From the NCBI GenBank assembly GCA_963669175.1, contig OY769902.1, positions 1,504,001 to 1,568,000 on the forward strand: a stretch of DNA of 64,000 bases. Reading direction: 5' to 3'. The notes beneath the pieces are model-generated. The model worked only from the letters and a program-made list of their open reading frames with translations. It did not search any database and had not been told where the DNA came from. This DNA is from a bacterium. GTDB lineage: Bacteria; Electryoneota; Electryoneia; Electryoneales; Electryoneaceae. Shown piece by piece: positions 9,401 to 19,765 of the stretch (the stretch's first letter is position 1; each line of letters opens with the position of its first letter). The position numbers and the translations under genes are program-made.

Positions 9401-11731
9401 TTATTTTACGAGGATTGCTTTCCTCAACACCCGCTCCTCTCCGGCTTGGACCCTGACGATATAGACTCCGGAAGCCATGCGGTTCATGGGTAACATGAGC
9501 TGATGTCTGCCACGTTCCAGCGAACGTCTGACCGGTTCCATCACACGCTGTCCGGTGATAGCAAAGACACTGATCTCCACATCACCCGCACGAGGCAATT
9601 CAACGCTCACGGTTGTGACCTGGTTAAACGGGTTCGGGTATAACTCAGCAACAAGATGCGAGGTCGGAAGCTCGGAGTTGCTTTCTTCGTTATCCGGGGT
9701 ATGCAGTTGATCATAATAGAACGCGCCGATGTCGGCGACTGTACCGTCCGAATCGAGTTCAGTCGCAGGATTTCCGGCGTCTATCAGCGGTGAACCTTCT
9801 TGCAGGTGAAAATCCCCGGCATCAGGATCGACGAAGAGGGGATCGATGTTGCTGAAAATGGTGTTTCCGGTTTCTATGTTTGCGCCAAAGGGATGCTCCG
9901 TATCAGGGAAATAACCGGAATAATCTATGACAGAAGCTGTTCCTGAGACAAGTGTGTCCTCAAACCCATAAAAGAAGCTGTTCAGGATTTCCGCCTGTTC
10001 CTCGCCATAATTGGTTACAGCCGTTCCTTCAGCGTCATTATTCACAAAGGTGCAACGGTCAAGCTGTCTGAACCTGTTGGTCAGTTTGCCTTCTACAAGG
10101 GTGCGTTTCATCAGCTCAAACCGGGTTGTGCCGTACTTGCAGACAATGGAATCCTGCACCGCAAGGCGGGAATCCCGTATCACTGAATTTCCCTGCAACG
10201 ACCAGTTACCTTCATCTGTGATCGCATTCAGGGTGAGATTTCCTGCCTGGATGTCCGCATGTTCGAGGACGTACGGCAAATCAAGAATGAAATTATCAGC
10301 AATGATGTTCAGTCCGGTCCAGGTTGAGTCTGCACGCAGAAACCGGAATGGACCGTAGGTGTATTCCCGGGTATTGCAGTCGAACACCATATTCGGCATC
10401 ATACTCACGGTTTGCCCGGCGCTTTCCACTTCAATAATGACAGGATTCTCCGGTGTGCCGTTGATGTACAACTCGCTGAAAGGAGAGAAGAGATTACCGG
10501 ATAGCAGATCAGTGAAATTGGCGATAATATGCGCCCCCGGCCCCAGCACCAATTCGTCTGCAACGGTGATTGGTTCAGTGATGACAACGGTGGTGTCTTC
10601 GAGATGGTTGAAATAGCTGCGTTCGGGTCTGAGTCCGTCGGTACGCGGGAACCCGGGGGGAGGCGCCCAGGCGAGACGTTGGTCATACTGGGCGTCCATT
10701 TTATACCCGGTGCCGTTACAATTGGAGGTATGCCAGTACCCGCGCTGACGTTGTGCCAGCGAGCCACGAAGGTAAATGTTGCCTCGTTCGTCGCGTTCAT
10801 CCGCGTGGGGACCGTCCGGATCACACCAGATATAGTCATCTTCGGGATTGTTCTGGTGCTCGAATGTAAAAGAACCGTTCGCTGCCATCAAAGCAGCCAT
10901 GATGATCACATGTGAACTGTCGTGGTTGCCATTTGCCCGGTATAATCCATTCCCGCGTCCATTGGCCCAGGTGTCGGCGATGATAATGTCGTTCTGCGCA
11001 ACAATGCCCAGTCTATTACAATGCTCTTCCGGAACGACCTGCGGAAAATTGTTCACAGTAAAAGGGGCATGCATAATATTGTCGAGGAGGTAAATATCGC
11101 CTGAAGAGGCCAGTGTGGTTTGCCCATTGAACACACCATGTCCATCATCTTCATCGCATCCCTGTATTTCCAGTCTGCCCTCGACAAACACGCATGTGTT
11201 GCTGCCGTACATAACTATCGTTCTATTCAACATATTGGCTGGGTCATAAGGTAAATCACTACTCCACTGCTCAAGAAAAAAACTTCCAGTTCTTGAAGTG
11301 AGACGTGATTGCCATGCGCCGCTGTTATTGGAGTAATATTGCCCCTGTTCCGAAGCTATTTCGCGCAGGTACTGCAGGCTGTCGGGGAAGTAGACGGAAT
11401 CCGCATCGAAAGTCAGCCCACTAACGAACTCACCGCCAACCGCGAAGGAAGGTTGCGCGCAGGTGACCGGGAGCAGAAAGGTGACTGAATCCGCACGAAA
11501 CACCGAATTGAAATGGAACGGGCCTATGAATCGTGTTTCGTTGACGTATTCCGGATGTGGCGTCCAACCCAGTGTATCCCCTTGAGGTGTGATCTCGGAA
11601 TTGGAGATGTAGAGGTAATTGCAGAAACGTGGCAAGGATTCAGCCTGGACACTTGTTGCCAGCAGTATCAAACAGGCGGTTGCCTGCATCACGATGAGGG
11701 GAAAGCGTTGCAGATCAGTTCGATTTCTCAT
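9401..11731 (-). CDS. Array paralog 1: secreted DUF4900-like/beta-helix protein with T9SS-type C-terminal domain
   Basis: Signal peptide; GPFHFN, NGRGNG, WCDP.GPH..ERG.I.LRGSLAQ.QRG..H.SNC.GTGY....YD.RL...PP; DF.L..GSPLIDAG.P..D.DG..ADIGA; YPNPFN..MASGVY..KAILVK. Confidence 0.85.
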   Translation of the reverse strand: MRNRTDLQRFPLIVMQATACLILLATSVQAESLPRFCNYLYISNSEITPQGDTLGWTPHPEYVNETRFIGPFHFNSVFRADSVTFLLPVTCAQPSFAVGGEFVSGLTFDADSVYFPDSLQYLREIASEQGQYYSNNSGAWQSRLTSRTGSFFLEQWSSDLPYDPANMLNRTIVMYGSNTCVFVEGRLEIQGCDEDDGHGVFNGQTTLASSGDIYLLDNIMHAPFTVNNFPQVVPEEHCNRLGIVAQNDIIIADTWANGRGNGLYRANGNHDSSHVIIMAALMAANGSFTFEHQNNPEDDYIWCDPDGPHADERDERGNIYLRGSLAQRQRGYWHTSNCNGTGYKMDAQYDQRLAWAPPPGFPRTDGLRPERSYFNHLEDTTVVITEPITVADELVLGPGAHIIANFTDLLSGNLFSPFSELYINGTPENPVIIEVESAGQTVSMMPNMVFDCNTREYTYGPFRFLRADSTWTGLNIIADNFILDLPYVLEHADIQAGNLTLNAITDEGNWSLQGNSVIRDSRLAVQDSIVCKYGTTRFELMKRTLVEGKLTNRFRQLDRCTFVNNDAEGTAVTNYGEEQAEILNSFFYGFEDTLVSGTASVIDYSGYFPDTEHPFGANIETGNTIFSNIDPLFVDPDAGDFHLQEGSPLIDAGNPATELDSDGTVADIGAFYYDQLHTPDNEESNSELPTSHLVAELYPNPFNQVTTVSVELPRAGDVEISVFAITGQRVMEPVRRSLERGRHQLMLPMNRMASGVYIVRVQAGEERVLRKAILVK

Positions 11732-11810
11732 CTGTCAGTCTCCTGGTATAACCATAGTCACGTGTCGGGAAACACGATTCAACATCTCAATGCGGTAACT
11801 ATAAAAACTC

Positions 11811-12046
11811 GTTTCACGCAAAGACGCAAAGGCGCAAAGAAAAGATTAAAAACATTTTAAGATAAAATATAAACTAATCTATCCTTAATTATAAAAATAC
11901 AAATAATATATTATTATGATTATTATGATTAATATTTAGTTGTAAATTCTTATTGGCATTTTTAAATTGTTTTATAAAATTTATATATTATTCAAATTAT
12001 TTCTTTATCTTTTCTTTTATCTTTTCTTTGCGCCTTTGCGTGAAAC
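11811..12046. mobile_element. AT-rich inverted-repeat-bounded element, copy 1 (MITE-like or invertible), interior orientation A
   Basis: Left GTTTCACGCAAAGACGCAAAGGCGCAAAGAAAAGAT; right ATCTTTTCTTTGCGCCTTTGCGTGAAAC; interior almost all A/T. Confidence 0.75.
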
Positions 12047-12060
12047 ATGTAGTGAAATGT

Positions 12061-14535
12061 TTACTTCAACAGTAAAATTTTCCTGACATCCATCCCCTGT
12101 TGTCCTGAGGCACGCAGGAAATAGGTGCCTGATGCCAGCGAGGCGCCGTTAATGGTCATAGTCTGCATTCCCGCCAGCATGAGACCGTCATGGATAGCCG
12201 CAACCGAACGTCCCAGGATATCCACCAGCTCGACCCGGACAACACCGGAACGGGGCAGCGCAAGCGTAACCTCTGCCACCGGGTTGAACGGGTTGGGATA
12301 AACGCTTTCAATTCGGAAGGCGGTTGGAAGACTCTCGGTACTGGTCAGGTCATCCGGGACATCGGTGGGATCGCACCAATAGGCTCCGATATCGGCGATG
12401 GAACGGTCCGGGTCACGTGGGCTGTCAGGTGATCCCGCATCAATCAACGGGCTTCCGGGGAGCAGGTAATAGTTCATCGAATCGGGCTCAACGAACATCG
12501 GGTCGACATTCGCCAGGATATTTTCGCCCACTTCCATTGGGTTCCAGAAAGGATAACCGTTGGGGAACTGGTCGTAGGCGCAATAGTCCAGTTGTCCTCC
12601 GCTACCACGTACCAGCGCGGCCTCGTATCCCTGGAAAAAACAACTGCGGATAACAACATCACGGTTCAGATCATTGGTTATCGCACAACGTGCATTGCCT
12701 GGATCAATGAAGGTGCAACGGTCAATGGTGCTGAACTTGTTAAACAGAGAACCGATCACAAGGTTGGATGTGAAGTTGTCATATTCATTCTGTTCTGTTG
12801 AACAGAGTATTGTGTCAGCAATCAGGGTGGAGCGATTAATAGAGTGTGAACTACTCAGCCCCCTGAGCTCAATATGATTGGCAACAAATTCAGATTTGGT
12901 CAACCTGTCCGGAATATTGAGAGTGAGGCGGTTACCATAAATGTGTAAACCTGACCATTCACGATCGTCAGAGTAATCTTCATTAGCAGTACACACGATA
13001 GTATCTGCTATCAAGGTGGAATTAGATATAGAATACGGGCAGCTATCATACTCTTCACATAGTCCCCGCAACTCAATATGATTAGCTTCAAATCTTGCAT
13101 CGGTCAGCATTTCGGGCATATTGACAAGCAGGCGGTTGCCATAGATATGCAAACCAGACCATTCGTGGTTTCCAAAGTAGCTTTGCAACTCGCGCATTGG
13201 CAACCCTTCACTTGTATTGTATACAAGTGAACTTTGATATTCCCCTGCATCTGTGAAGTGAATACTAACGGGATTGTCCGCTTCACCTTCAACACGAAGA
13301 TCACCGTATCTGAACTGGAAAAGCGGTTTCCCGCCCAGGTCCGCATGGATGGTTGTGCCAGGGCCGAGTGTTAAACTCATAAATACTAGAATCGGTTGAG
13401 TGACATACACAGTAGTATCTTGCCATGTGGTACCTTCTCTATTCCAAATGACAATCTGGTCTTCTTCCGGGCTGATAGAGGGGATACCGTTCGGTGGGTA
13501 GACTGCCAACCTTTCATCATAATAGAAGTCCAGATTATAGCCAGTGCCGCCACAGTTGGAGTTGTGCAGTTGCCCACGCTGCTGTTGTGCCAATGAGCCA
13601 CGCAGGAAGATCGTGCCACGTTCGTCGGTCTGGTCAGGATGCGCGCCATTGGGATCACACCAGATATAGGCATCATCAGGATTGTTCTGGTTCTCAATGG
13701 TGAGTTGGCCCAACGTCACCAGGGCGGCAGTGATCACAACGTGTGCCCGGTCATGGGAACCGTTGCCCTCGTGGAATCCATTACCGCGACCATTGGCGCT
13801 CGTGTTTCCAATAAGGATATTCTGTTCGGAAAGCAATGCCAGTCGGCTGTAAGTAATATCAGGGATTACAAAGGGGAAGTTCTCGTTTGTATAGGGATCA
13901 ATGATGATGTCGTTCATCAATGTCATATTGCCACTGCACCCGATAGAAACCTGACCATTTATCGAAGGAGAATTGCGACGGGGAGATAAAACCTGAAGCT
14001 CACCTTCGACAAATATGCTCGTACCACTACCGCACCATATTGATTCGTGATTCACAAGGCTACATGAATCATAAGGCGCACCCATCTCCCATTGTTCAAG
14101 ATATGCTCGCGTACCTACTAATTTGATTCGTGTTTGCCAACTTCCACGATGGTTGGAATAAAACAGTCCACTCCAATCCGCAAGTTCACGTAGCGCATGC
14201 AGCGAATCAGAAAACGCGATTGAGTCAGCATTAAAAGTCAGGCCGCCCAGGTATTGGCCGCCCACATTGAAGCGTGGTTGGGCGCAGAAAACCGGGTCGG
14301 TGAAGATCGCGGCATCGGCTTTGAACACGGAATTGAAGTGGAAGGGGCCGTAGAAAGCGCTGCCGGTCCAGCCTAATGTATCGCCGTCAAGCGTGATCTC
14401 AGTGCCGGAGATGTAAGCGTAGTCGGTGAAACGTGTGTACTGTTGGGCGTGTACCGACGCAATAACGCCGGAAAGCAGGTACAGTACCAGTACGTTCAGG
14501 AACAGTCGTCTCCCGATCAAAGTAAGCTTCTTCAT
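12061..14535 (-). CDS. Array paralog 2 (has an internal ~68-aa duplication)
   Basis: Same motif set as paralog 1; RBS AGGAG; ends YPNPFNP..LASGTY..KILLLK. Confidence 0.88.
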   Translation of the reverse strand: MKKLTLIGRRLFLNVLVLYLLSGVIASVHAQQYTRFTDYAYISGTEITLDGDTLGWTGSAFYGPFHFNSVFKADAAIFTDPVFCAQPRFNVGGQYLGGLTFNADSIAFSDSLHALRELADWSGLFYSNHRGSWQTRIKLVGTRAYLEQWEMGAPYDSCSLVNHESIWCGSGTSIFVEGELQVLSPRRNSPSINGQVSIGCSGNMTLMNDIIIDPYTNENFPFVIPDITYSRLALLSEQNILIGNTSANGRGNGFHEGNGSHDRAHVVITAALVTLGQLTIENQNNPDDAYIWCDPNGAHPDQTDERGTIFLRGSLAQQQRGQLHNSNCGGTGYNLDFYYDERLAVYPPNGIPSISPEEDQIVIWNREGTTWQDTTVYVTQPILVFMSLTLGPGTTIHADLGGKPLFQFRYGDLRVEGEADNPVSIHFTDAGEYQSSLVYNTSEGLPMRELQSYFGNHEWSGLHIYGNRLLVNMPEMLTDARFEANHIELRGLCEEYDSCPYSISNSTLIADTIVCTANEDYSDDREWSGLHIYGNRLTLNIPDRLTKSEFVANHIELRGLSSSHSINRSTLIADTILCSTEQNEYDNFTSNLVIGSLFNKFSTIDRCTFIDPGNARCAITNDLNRDVVIRSCFFQGYEAALVRGSGGQLDYCAYDQFPNGYPFWNPMEVGENILANVDPMFVEPDSMNYYLLPGSPLIDAGSPDSPRDPDRSIADIGAYWCDPTDVPDDLTSTESLPTAFRIESVYPNPFNPVAEVTLALPRSGVVRVELVDILGRSVAAIHDGLMLAGMQTMTINGASLASGTYFLRASGQQGMDVRKILLLK

Positions 14536-14549
14536 GGTTCTGTCTCCTG

Positions 14550-16823
14550 TTATTTCAGCAATACGATTTTTTGTGTCAGTGTTTCTCGCTCAAACCTCAC
14601 GCGCAGGAAATAGGTGCCTGATGCCAGCGAAGCGCCGTTAATGGTCATGGTCTGCATTCCCGCCAGCATGAGACCGTCATGGACAACTGCTACCGAACGT
14701 CCCAGGATATCCACCAGCTCGACCCTTACATCACCGGAACGGGGCAGCGCCAGCGAAACCTCAGTCACCGGGTTGAACGGGTTGGGATAAACGCTCGCAA
14801 TCCGGAACGCGGTTGGAAGACTCTCGGTTCTGGTTAGGTCATCCGGGACATCGGTGGGGTCGCACCAATAGGCTCCGATATCTGCGATGGAACGGTCCGG
14901 GTCACGTGGGCTGTCAGGTGATCCGGCATCGATCAACGGGCTTCCGGGGAGCAGGTAATAGTTCATGGAATCGGGCTCAACGAACATCGGGTCGACATTG
15001 GCCAGGATATTTTCGCCCACCTCCATCGGGTTCCAGAAAGGATAACCGTTGGGGAACTGGTCGTAGGCGCAGTAGTCCAGTTGTCCTCCGCTACCACGCA
15101 CCAGCGCAGCCTCATATCCCTGGAAAAAACAACTCCTGACAGTTACATAACGATCTTGGTCGTTGGTTATCGCACAACGAGCGTTTCCCGGATCAATAAA
15201 AGTGCAACGGTCAATGGTGCTGAACTTGTTGAACAGAGAACCGATCACGAGGTTGGATTCAAAGTCCACGAATCTATTTGTTTGTGTCGTACACAGAATC
15301 GTGTCAGCGATCAGGATCGAGTTGGTAATTGTGTGTTCCAAATCTTCTTCACTGACAGAGTTTAATTCGATATGATCAGCAACAAGTTTAGAGTCGGTCA
15401 GAGATATAGGAACATTGAAAAGAAGACGGTCTGCATATACATGTAAACCTGACCACTCGTTATCTGCATAATAATTCCATTCATCCCAGAATTGGATTTC
15501 GCCATTATTATATACTAGCGTACTAGGATGTTCACCTGAATCTGTGAATACTATTGTTACAGGATTTTCTGCTTCGCCATTAACAAAAAGGCGGTTCCAG
15601 AACTGGAAAAGTGGTCGCTCACCGAGGTTTGCATAGATAGTCGTTCCCGGGCCAAGTGTCAAAGGGGCGTACAAGTAAATAGGTTGTGTAACATGTATGG
15701 TCGTGTCTTGCCAAGTACATACATCCCGAATAACAATCTGTTCTTCTTCAGGGCCGATAATGGGGATGCCATTCGGTGGGTAAGTAGCCATTCTTTCATC
15801 ATAGTAGAAATCCAGATCGTAGCCAGTACCACCACAGTTTGAGTTGTGCAGTTTCCCACGCTGTCGTTGTGCCAGCGAGCCACGCAGGAAAATTGTTCCA
15901 CGTTCGTCAGTCACATCCGGATGTGGACCATTGGGATCGCACCAGATATAGGCATCATCCGGATTGTTCTGATCTTCGATGGTAAACTGACCAAGGGTTA
16001 TCAGGGAGGCAGTGATGACAATATGCGCTCGGTCATGGGAACCATTGCCCATGTGGAATCCGTTACCACGTCCGTTTGCATTGGTATTCCCTATAAGAAT
16101 ATCCCCCTCGGCCAATAGCGCCAATCGGCTGTATGTGTCTTCAGGGATAACATAGGGGAAATCCTCGTTGGTATACGGGTCAATAAGCACATCATCCATC
16201 AGCTTCATTTTGCCGCTGCAACCTATGGACATTTGACCATTAATCGGGACGGGATTATGCAAGCGCGAAGCGATTTGAAGATCACCTTCGATGAACACGC
16301 ACACATTGCTTCCATAAGAGATAGCCATATGATCCACCAGGCTTGTTGAATCATAAGGCGCTCCGGATTCCCATTGTTCAAACAAAAAGCATCCATTGTG
16401 TACGTTTATTCTTGATTGCCAGCGTCCACCATGATTGCTAAAATAATTGCCACTCATGCTTGCGATTTCACGTACCCGGTGAAGCGTATCGGGGAACGCG
16501 ATGGAGTCAGCATTAAAAGTCAGGCCGTTCAGGTATTGGCCGCCCACATTGAAGCGTGGTTGGGCGCAGAAAACCGGGTCGGTGAAGATGGCCGCATCGG
16601 CTTTGAACACGGAATTGAAGTGAAAAGGGCCGTAGAAAGCGCTGCCGGTCCAGTCCAGTGTGTCGCCGTTAAGAGTGATCTCCGTGCCGGAGATGTAGGC
16701 GTAGTCGGTGAAACGTGTGTACTGTTGGGCAAAAACGCTGGATGGTAGAGTGTAAAAAAGGAAAAATACCATCACGGACAGGATTAACTGCCTTGTAAGA
16801 CGATAGATAGCTGGATTTCTCAT
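14550..16823 (-). CDS. Array paralog 3
   Basis: Same motif set; N- and C-terminal blocks nearly identical to paralog 2 at DNA level; ATG 16823 chosen over the ORF-track start at 16874. Confidence 0.86.
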   Translation of the reverse strand: MRNPAIYRLTRQLILSVMVFFLFYTLPSSVFAQQYTRFTDYAYISGTEITLNGDTLDWTGSAFYGPFHFNSVFKADAAIFTDPVFCAQPRFNVGGQYLNGLTFNADSIAFPDTLHRVREIASMSGNYFSNHGGRWQSRINVHNGCFLFEQWESGAPYDSTSLVDHMAISYGSNVCVFIEGDLQIASRLHNPVPINGQMSIGCSGKMKLMDDVLIDPYTNEDFPYVIPEDTYSRLALLAEGDILIGNTNANGRGNGFHMGNGSHDRAHIVITASLITLGQFTIEDQNNPDDAYIWCDPNGPHPDVTDERGTIFLRGSLAQRQRGKLHNSNCGGTGYDLDFYYDERMATYPPNGIPIIGPEEEQIVIRDVCTWQDTTIHVTQPIYLYAPLTLGPGTTIYANLGERPLFQFWNRLFVNGEAENPVTIVFTDSGEHPSTLVYNNGEIQFWDEWNYYADNEWSGLHVYADRLLFNVPISLTDSKLVADHIELNSVSEEDLEHTITNSILIADTILCTTQTNRFVDFESNLVIGSLFNKFSTIDRCTFIDPGNARCAITNDQDRYVTVRSCFFQGYEAALVRGSGGQLDYCAYDQFPNGYPFWNPMEVGENILANVDPMFVEPDSMNYYLLPGSPLIDAGSPDSPRDPDRSIADIGAYWCDPTDVPDDLTRTESLPTAFRIASVYPNPFNPVTEVSLALPRSGDVRVELVDILGRSVAVVHDGLMLAGMQTMTINGASLASGTYFLRVRFERETLTQKIVLLK

Positions 16824-16971
16824 GTCGGCCCCCACGTGCAGAGTTGTATCTTCTTCATGAAACGGGGGATGCAATTCAAGAACTACAGGAAGGTGGCCTT
16901 TTTAGCGGGTGAATCTTTACTAAAGATACTCATATCAGCTCAAAGATACAAGAGGTAAAGACAAAAAACTC

Positions 16972-17215
16972 GTTTCACGCAAAGACGCAAAGGCGCAAAG
17001 AAAAGAAAAAGAAAAGAACTGATTTACTTATTTATTTATTACGTCTCTTTTTTTTATGTAAAAAATATTAATGTATTTGCAAAATATGATCTTATATAGC
17101 GATAAAAATTGAATAGTATATATAAAAAATGAATTATATAATTGTATTGGTTTTCTTTTTAACATTAAGATTTTGTTTTTTCTTTTCTTTGCGTCTTTGC
17201 GTCTTTGCGTGAAAC
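16972..17215. mobile_element. AT-rich inverted-repeat-bounded element, copy 2, interior probably orientation B
   Basis: GTTTCACGCAAAGACGCAAAGGCGCAAAG ... CTTTGCGTCTTTGCGTCTTTGCGTGAAAC; interior starts AAAGAACTGATTTA like copy 3, otherwise diverged. Confidence 0.75.
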
Positions 17216-17229
17216 ATGTAGTCGAATCA

Positions 17230-19476
17230 TTACTTCAGCAGGAGGATTTTCCTGATATCCATCCCCTGCGGGCTTTTGGCCTGCACAAAATACGTCCCGG
17301 AAGCCAGCGCTGTCCCATCCAGGGTGAAGCAGTGCATGCCTGCCGCGAGATTCGCGTGAGCTAGCTGCTGTACTTCTCGTCCCAGCACGTCATACACCGT
17401 AACCGTAAGCAATCCAGTTTGTGGCAAGGCGATGCGGATTTCTGTGGACGGGTTGAACGGATTCGGGTAAACGCTTTCAATATGAAAAGCATCGGGTAGA
17501 GAAGTGCCGGGATCGGGATGATCGACAGACGTATAATCAAAACAATACGCGCCGATATCGGTACGTGAGCCATCAGGATCAGCGGGTGACAATGGATCGC
17601 CTGCATCGATCAGGGGACTGCCGGGTTGCAGGTGGAAATTGAAGGAGGCTGGATCGATAAATTCCGGGTCTGTGTACTCGAGTACATAATGGCCATAGGT
17701 AATATCGCCCTGCATGGCCGGAACAGCATCGGTCAGGTAAGCACAATGATCCATTTCTACCGGGTACATGGACGACAGCAGCGTGGTAGTTCCGGTGAAG
17801 CAGGTGTTGTTTATCACCAATCCATCACCGGATTGGAAGTTCTGCAGACGTTCGAAACCGTCGAACGCGAAGGTGCAGTGATCAATCGAGTTAAAATAGC
17901 TATATAACCAGCCGGTCACCTCGCTGTACTCGAGATTACGGTAACGGTCTTCCTCGGGCGAATCTGTATGCGTATAGAGCTGGTTGACACGGAAGACGGA
18001 GCTGTCGATGTCGATCGAGGCGCTTGTGTCATTGAGGAGCGACACGGGTTGGATCAGGGTAAGCTGTTCGGCGAGCACATTGATTCCAGTAATCTTGCCC
18101 GGGATTTTCAGGGCGACATTATCGCCGGAAACCTGGAGGTTGCGCCATTCGTCTGCGCCATGCAAATTCTCAAAATCACCATCGAAAGGAATGATGGAAT
18201 CGCCAGTTGTCTGGATATTGATATGAACCGGATTCTCTGCTGTGCCGTTGATCTTGACCGCTGCACTAAAAAGCTCGAGAGGTGGATCGCTGGCGCCATC
18301 CTCGATGATCAGGGTGGTGCCCGGCCCCAGTTCCAAATCACCGAATATCATCAGTGAATCACCGTTACTGATCGTTACCGTGGTGTCGTGCCAAACTCCC
18401 TTCTGGACCAGATCATCCCGGTGTTGCCATTCGATTTCCGGGGAACCGGTCGGCCAGGCATGTGCCAGGCGGGTATCATAAACATATTCACGTGTGTATC
18501 CGGTGCCGCCGCAGGTAGAACGATGCAGGTAGCCCATACGGTAAAAGGCTGCCGACCCACGGAGGTAGATGTCGCCACGTTCATCTGTTTCACCGGAATG
18601 CACACCCGCCGGATCACACCAGTAATAATCATCGTCCGGGTCATTCTGGTCTTCGAAGGAGATTTCTTCGTTCAGGGCCAGCAGGGACGCCATGATAATG
18701 ATATGAGCATTATCGTGATTACCGGCGTTGTGGTATAACCCATTGCCCCTGCCGTTGGGACAGGTATTGCCGATCAGGATATTCGCTTCCGAAGCGAGGC
18801 CCAGCATATGGGGATTGTCTTCCGGGATAAGATCGGTGAAATCGTCTACGGTGAACGGGGTCAACAGCAGGTTATCGACAAGACGCATATTGCCTGATGC
18901 GCCTATCGTTGTACTTCCCTGGATACCATCGCCGAAAATGTCAAGATGACCATCGAAAAACAGGACACTTTCACCGAACGCAACCGTTCCTTCAGACGTC
19001 ACCTGCGTACTGTCCCAAGGCTGATCCGCCGGCCAGGCCCACCATTGCCAGCCGTCCTCGGAGGTTGTACAACGGAATTGCAGGGAGTTGTCTGGATTGT
19101 CAAAGAAGTTTCCCTGCGTGGTGGCCAGTTCACGAAGGCTGTGAAGAGTGTCCGGGAATAGTACCTGGGGAAAACGAAACTGTGGCTCTGTCGGATACCA
19201 GGGCGAAGCGCCGCCGCCAAGGTTGAACTCATTGGCTGAACTGAAGATTAGTCCGTAAAACTGCGGTGAATAACGAATACCGATTTGGGTGTTGCAATGG
19301 ATAGCACCGTAAATCGTATCCGGTGTCCAGAACCAGATTACCTCATTAAAAGTGCTTTCCTGGGTGTGGTAAATATACATGTAGTCGCTGAACCTGGTGA
19401 ACAGGGCAGCCTGGGAAGCGGGAAGCACGCCAAGGAGAAGCAGAATCAGGCTCAGTGTCACGTATGTGCGCTTCAT
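17230..19476 (-). CDS. Array paralog 4
   Basis: Real start is MKRTYVTLSLILLLLG at ATG 19476 (RBS GGGAGG); IWFWTPDTIYGAIH, WCDPAGVH..DERG, HRSTCGGTGY, YPNPFNP. Confidence 0.87.
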   Translation of the reverse strand: MKRTYVTLSLILLLLGVLPASQAALFTRFSDYMYIYHTQESTFNEVIWFWTPDTIYGAIHCNTQIGIRYSPQFYGLIFSSANEFNLGGGASPWYPTEPQFRFPQVLFPDTLHSLRELATTQGNFFDNPDNSLQFRCTTSEDGWQWWAWPADQPWDSTQVTSEGTVAFGESVLFFDGHLDIFGDGIQGSTTIGASGNMRLVDNLLLTPFTVDDFTDLIPEDNPHMLGLASEANILIGNTCPNGRGNGLYHNAGNHDNAHIIIMASLLALNEEISFEDQNDPDDDYYWCDPAGVHSGETDERGDIYLRGSAAFYRMGYLHRSTCGGTGYTREYVYDTRLAHAWPTGSPEIEWQHRDDLVQKGVWHDTTVTISNGDSLMIFGDLELGPGTTLIIEDGASDPPLELFSAAVKINGTAENPVHINIQTTGDSIIPFDGDFENLHGADEWRNLQVSGDNVALKIPGKITGINVLAEQLTLIQPVSLLNDTSASIDIDSSVFRVNQLYTHTDSPEEDRYRNLEYSEVTGWLYSYFNSIDHCTFAFDGFERLQNFQSGDGLVINNTCFTGTTTLLSSMYPVEMDHCAYLTDAVPAMQGDITYGHYVLEYTDPEFIDPASFNFHLQPGSPLIDAGDPLSPADPDGSRTDIGAYCFDYTSVDHPDPGTSLPDAFHIESVYPNPFNPSTEIRIALPQTGLLTVTVYDVLGREVQQLAHANLAAGMHCFTLDGTALASGTYFVQAKSPQGMDIRKILLLK

Positions 19477-19517
19477 TCTTCCTCCCAGGGGTAGATCGTA
19501 TCCACTGAAAACTACTC

Positions 19518-19752
19518 GTCTCACGCAAAGGCGCAAAGGCGCAAAGAAAAGATAAAAGAAAAGACAAAGAACTGATTTAAATGATAAATAAATTATTATA
19601 ATACTATTTAATAATGCCAATAAGAATATATAGCTAAGTATTAATCGCGACAATTATAATAATATATTATTTATATTTTTAATTAAGAATAGGTTAGTTT
19701 ATGTTTTGCCTTAAAATGTTTTTAATCTTTTCTTTGCGTCTTTGCGTGAAAC
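19518..19752. mobile_element. AT-rich inverted-repeat-bounded element, copy 3, interior orientation B (reverse complement of copy 1 interior)
   Basis: Its reverse complement reads AAAGATTAAAAACATTTTAAG.CAAAA.ATAAACTAA.CTAT.CTTAATT..AAATAATATATTATTAT..ATTAATA.TTAG..ATTCTTATTGGCATT, colinear with copy 1. Confidence 0.8.
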
Positions 19753-19765
19753 GATCAGTTAAGGT

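Noticed and set aside
11811-12046. GACGCAAAG resembles part of the c-di-GMP-I riboswitch
   Set aside because: It is a tandem 8-mer within an inverted repeat; the GGCAAAC/GAAA P2 and P3 architecture is missing.
19477-19653. N-terminal extension of the 807-aa ORF (..FFAPLRLCVR..)
   Set aside because: It is read-through of the repeat element; the real start with RBS and signal peptide is 19476.
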